Part shown: positions 61,188 to 64,000 of the stretch, piece after piece
Layout of the letters: every line of letters starts with the position of its first letter
How positions within the stretch are numbered: position 1 is the stretch's first letter
NCBI GenBank assembly: GCA_002269645.1
Contig: NIVC01002094.1
Location: 62,001 to 126,000 of the forward strand
DNA length: 64,000 bases
Direction of reading: 5' to 3'
Source: Macrostomum lignano
Taxonomy: Eukaryota
The notes under the pieces: model-generated
The model's input: the letters and a program-made list of their open reading frames with translations, nothing else
Database searches by the model: none
What the model was told of the DNA's origin: nothing
Program-made: the position numbers and the translations under genes

Positions 61188-62024
61188 GTTCATTGTGCCT
61201 ACAAAATTCGCAGCTCAGTGTATCTCTAAAACAGAGTTCGGCAGGATCCGAAGACAGCCCTCAGACGGTGGGCAGCAGCAATCTATCAATCAAGCAGGCA
61301 AGATCAGCCCCCCAGATCTCAAAGAGCCAGAGCAGACCTAGCCTCCCAATCGCTCCGAGGCCTGTCAAACTGCAGAACTCCAGCGGCTGCGCTCGGCACT
61401 GACTGGTGGAGGAAGAGATAACGCGTATATAAGACTACTATTGAATACATGTACACTTGGATTGGAAATACCAGCAGGGCCCCCTTCATTTTAGCGCCGC
61501 GAGCTTGATTGATGAATGGCGCAAGAGGGACAGCAAAGTTAGTGCCAGAGTGAAACTGTAAATAATTAGATGCAGCCAGGCCTCTCCAGAATCAGTGCGG
61601 CATTGGTAGAGCAGCTTCGCCTATTTTAACCTGAGTTGAGACACTGTGCGATACTAGCCCAGTTGTTTAGTGATGTGCCAGCGGCCCAGGCTCGATTCCA
61701 AGTGCAGTCACCTTAATTTGGCGCTAAATTGGAATCTCGGCTTGGCTCTGCTCCCAAGGCACAGTGAAGTGTACATGCCTAACAATAAATAAAGTTAGGG
61801 CCGCTGTACACTCCTGTGTGACTGTGTGCCTGCTCAGGGGAGTCAGCGAAATGGGCAGTAATGCCTCTCGTTGGTTGTGTGACATTGTCGGTTTAAGTGC
61901 TATAGGGTGTGCACTCAGTCCACATGCCTCTAATAAAAATACCAAGGACTTCTGATTGACATCAACTGGACTGGAAAACACTGCGATACCAGTAAGAGGA
62001 TTTTCAAAACCCATCAACCAAAGG

Positions 62025-63520
62025 TCTGGGAGGCTGGTCCAGAAATTGAGGATCTGGGAGGCTGGCTCAGCAACTGAGGATCTGGGAGGCTGGTCCAGAA
62101 ACTGGGGATCTGGGAGGCTGGCTCAGCAACTGAGGATCTGGGAGGCTGGCTCAGCAGCTGACACCATGAGAGGATGGCCCAGCAACTGGGGATCTGGGAG
62201 GCTGGCCCAGCAACTGGGGATCTGGGAGGCTGGCCCAGCAACTGAGGATCTGGGAGGCTGGCCCAGCAACTGGGGATCTGGGAGGCTGGCCCAGCAACTG
62301 AGGATCTGGGAGGCTGGCCCAGCAACTGAGGATCTGGGAGGCTGGCCCAGCAACTGAGGATCTGGGAGGCTGGCCCAGCAACTGAGGATCTGGGAGGCTG
62401 GCCCAGCAACTGGGGATCTGGGAGGCTGGCCCAGCAACTGACGATCTGGGAGGCTGGTCCAGCAACTGACGATCTAGGAGGCTGGCCCAGCAACTGAGGA
62501 TCTGGGAGGCTGGCCCAGCAACTGAGGATCTGGGAAGCTGTGGCCCAGCAACTGAGGATCTAAGAGGCTGTGGCCCAGCAACTGAGGATCTAAGAGGCTG
62601 CCTCAGCAACTGAGGATCTGGGAGGCTGGCTCAGCAGCTGACACCATGAGAGGCTGGCCCAGCAACTGGGGATCTGGGAGGCTGGCCCAGCAACTGAGGA
62701 TCTGGGAGGCTGGCCCAGCAACAGGGGATCTGGGAGGCTGGCCCAGCAACTGAGGATCTGGGAGGCTGGCCCAGCAACTGAGGATCTGGGAGGCTGGTGA
62801 CCCAGCAACTGAGGATCTGGGAGGCTGGCCCAGCAACTGGGGATCTGGGAGGCTGGCCCAGCAACTGACGATCTGGGAGGCTGGTCCAGCAACTGACGAT
62901 CTGGGAGGCTGGCCCAGCAACTGAGGATCTGGGAGGCTGGCCCAGCAACTGAGGATCTGGGAAGCTGTGGCCCAGCAACTGAGGATCTAAGAGGCTGTGG
63001 CCCAGCAACTGAGGATCTAAGAGGCTGCCTCAGCAACTGGGGATCTGGGAGGCTGGCCCAGCAACTGAGGATCTAAGAGGCTGCCTCAGCAACTGAGGAT
63101 CTGGGAGGCTGGCCCAGCAACTGAGGATCTGGGAGGCTGGCCCAGCAACTGAGGATCTGGGAGGCTGGCCCAGCAACTGACACTATGGGAGGCTGTGGCC
63201 CAGCAACTGAGGATCTAAGAGGCTGCGTCAGCAACTGAGGATCTGGGAGGCTGGCCCAGCAACTGAGGATCTGGGAGGCTGGCCCAGCAACTGACACTAT
63301 GGGAGGCTGTGGCCCAGCAACTGAGGATCTAAGAGGCTGCCTCAGCAACTGAGGATCTGGGAGGCTGCCTCAGCAACTGAGGATCTGGGAGGCTGCCTCA
63401 GCAACTGAGGATCTGGGAGGCTGGCCCAGAGACTGAAGATCTGGGAGGCTGGCCCAGAGACTGAAGATCTGGGAGGCTGGCCCAGAGACTGAGGATCTGG
63501 GAGGCTGGCCCAGCAACTGA
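62025..63520. repeat. 28-bp family array 5 (largest, with higher-order blocks)
   Basis: Read directly. Confidence 0.95.
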
Positions 63521-64000
63521 GGCGTGCTGTTGGCACAGAAGTCAACGTGAGCTCGTCAGTTATTGAAATTCTTAGTGCAGTTAATTACTACATAAAGTCA
63601 TGGGTGGCCAAAGCCCCCTAAGGCTATCATCCACTTCGCTCAACGCCGCCCCCCGCTGTGAGAAGTGGCCACAGCAAGAAGCCAGTGAATAAGAGTATGT
63701 GAGCTCCGCATTAATAAGCCTTGACAACAAAGCTCATTAGCTCCTTGACTCGAGAAAGTTAGCAGACAAAAAGCATCAGAGAAAACTCGGACAGATGAAA
63801 TCCAGCAGTGCCACTAATGAGACATGCCCGTGACAGGTAAGGACGACGATGCAGCGAGGTTAAGGTCACACAGACGCAGGAAAGGACTGAGGCGTTGTAA
63901 TTGTGTATACGCGAATGTGATTCTGGTAAAGAGTAAAACTAATAAAAAGATGAGAATTTGTAATGCTGTTAATTGAGAGAAGTGCAAAAATTTTTGAAAA

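Overview
Eukaryotic (metazoan) genomic DNA. The GC-rich spliced exons, introns packed with unrelated minisatellites and the 'GSYAEGW' type of Mab-21 protein suggest a free-living flatworm such as Macrostomum; this is inference, not a database result. Gene models were built by hand from GT/AG sites, codon phase and protein motifs. (1) A 5'-truncated ankyrin-repeat + STE/MAP3K-like kinase gene (+, 1-2308). (2) An inverted kinase fragment and a broken Mab-21 paralogue. (3) A five-exon gene (-, 14616-9493) that appears to join ~8 ankyrin repeats to a catalytically intact Mab-21/cGAS-like nucleotidyltransferase (cGLR). (4) PDK1/PDPK1 (+). (5) A puromycin-sensitive-type M1 aminopeptidase (-). (6) A PH + IRS-type PTB (Dok/IRS-like) adaptor (+). 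(7) A divergent TALE homeobox exon and a C2H2 zinc-finger exon (-). Also present are a deleted mariner, two tRNA-derived SINE families, a Helentron-like fragment and about 30 tandem-repeat arrays, one family of which recurs at five loci. Most long ORFs in the supplied track are satellite artefacts. The best lead is the ankyrin-cGLR fusion within a small ankyrin/kinase/cGLR cluster. The second theme is the link between minisatellites and intron structure.
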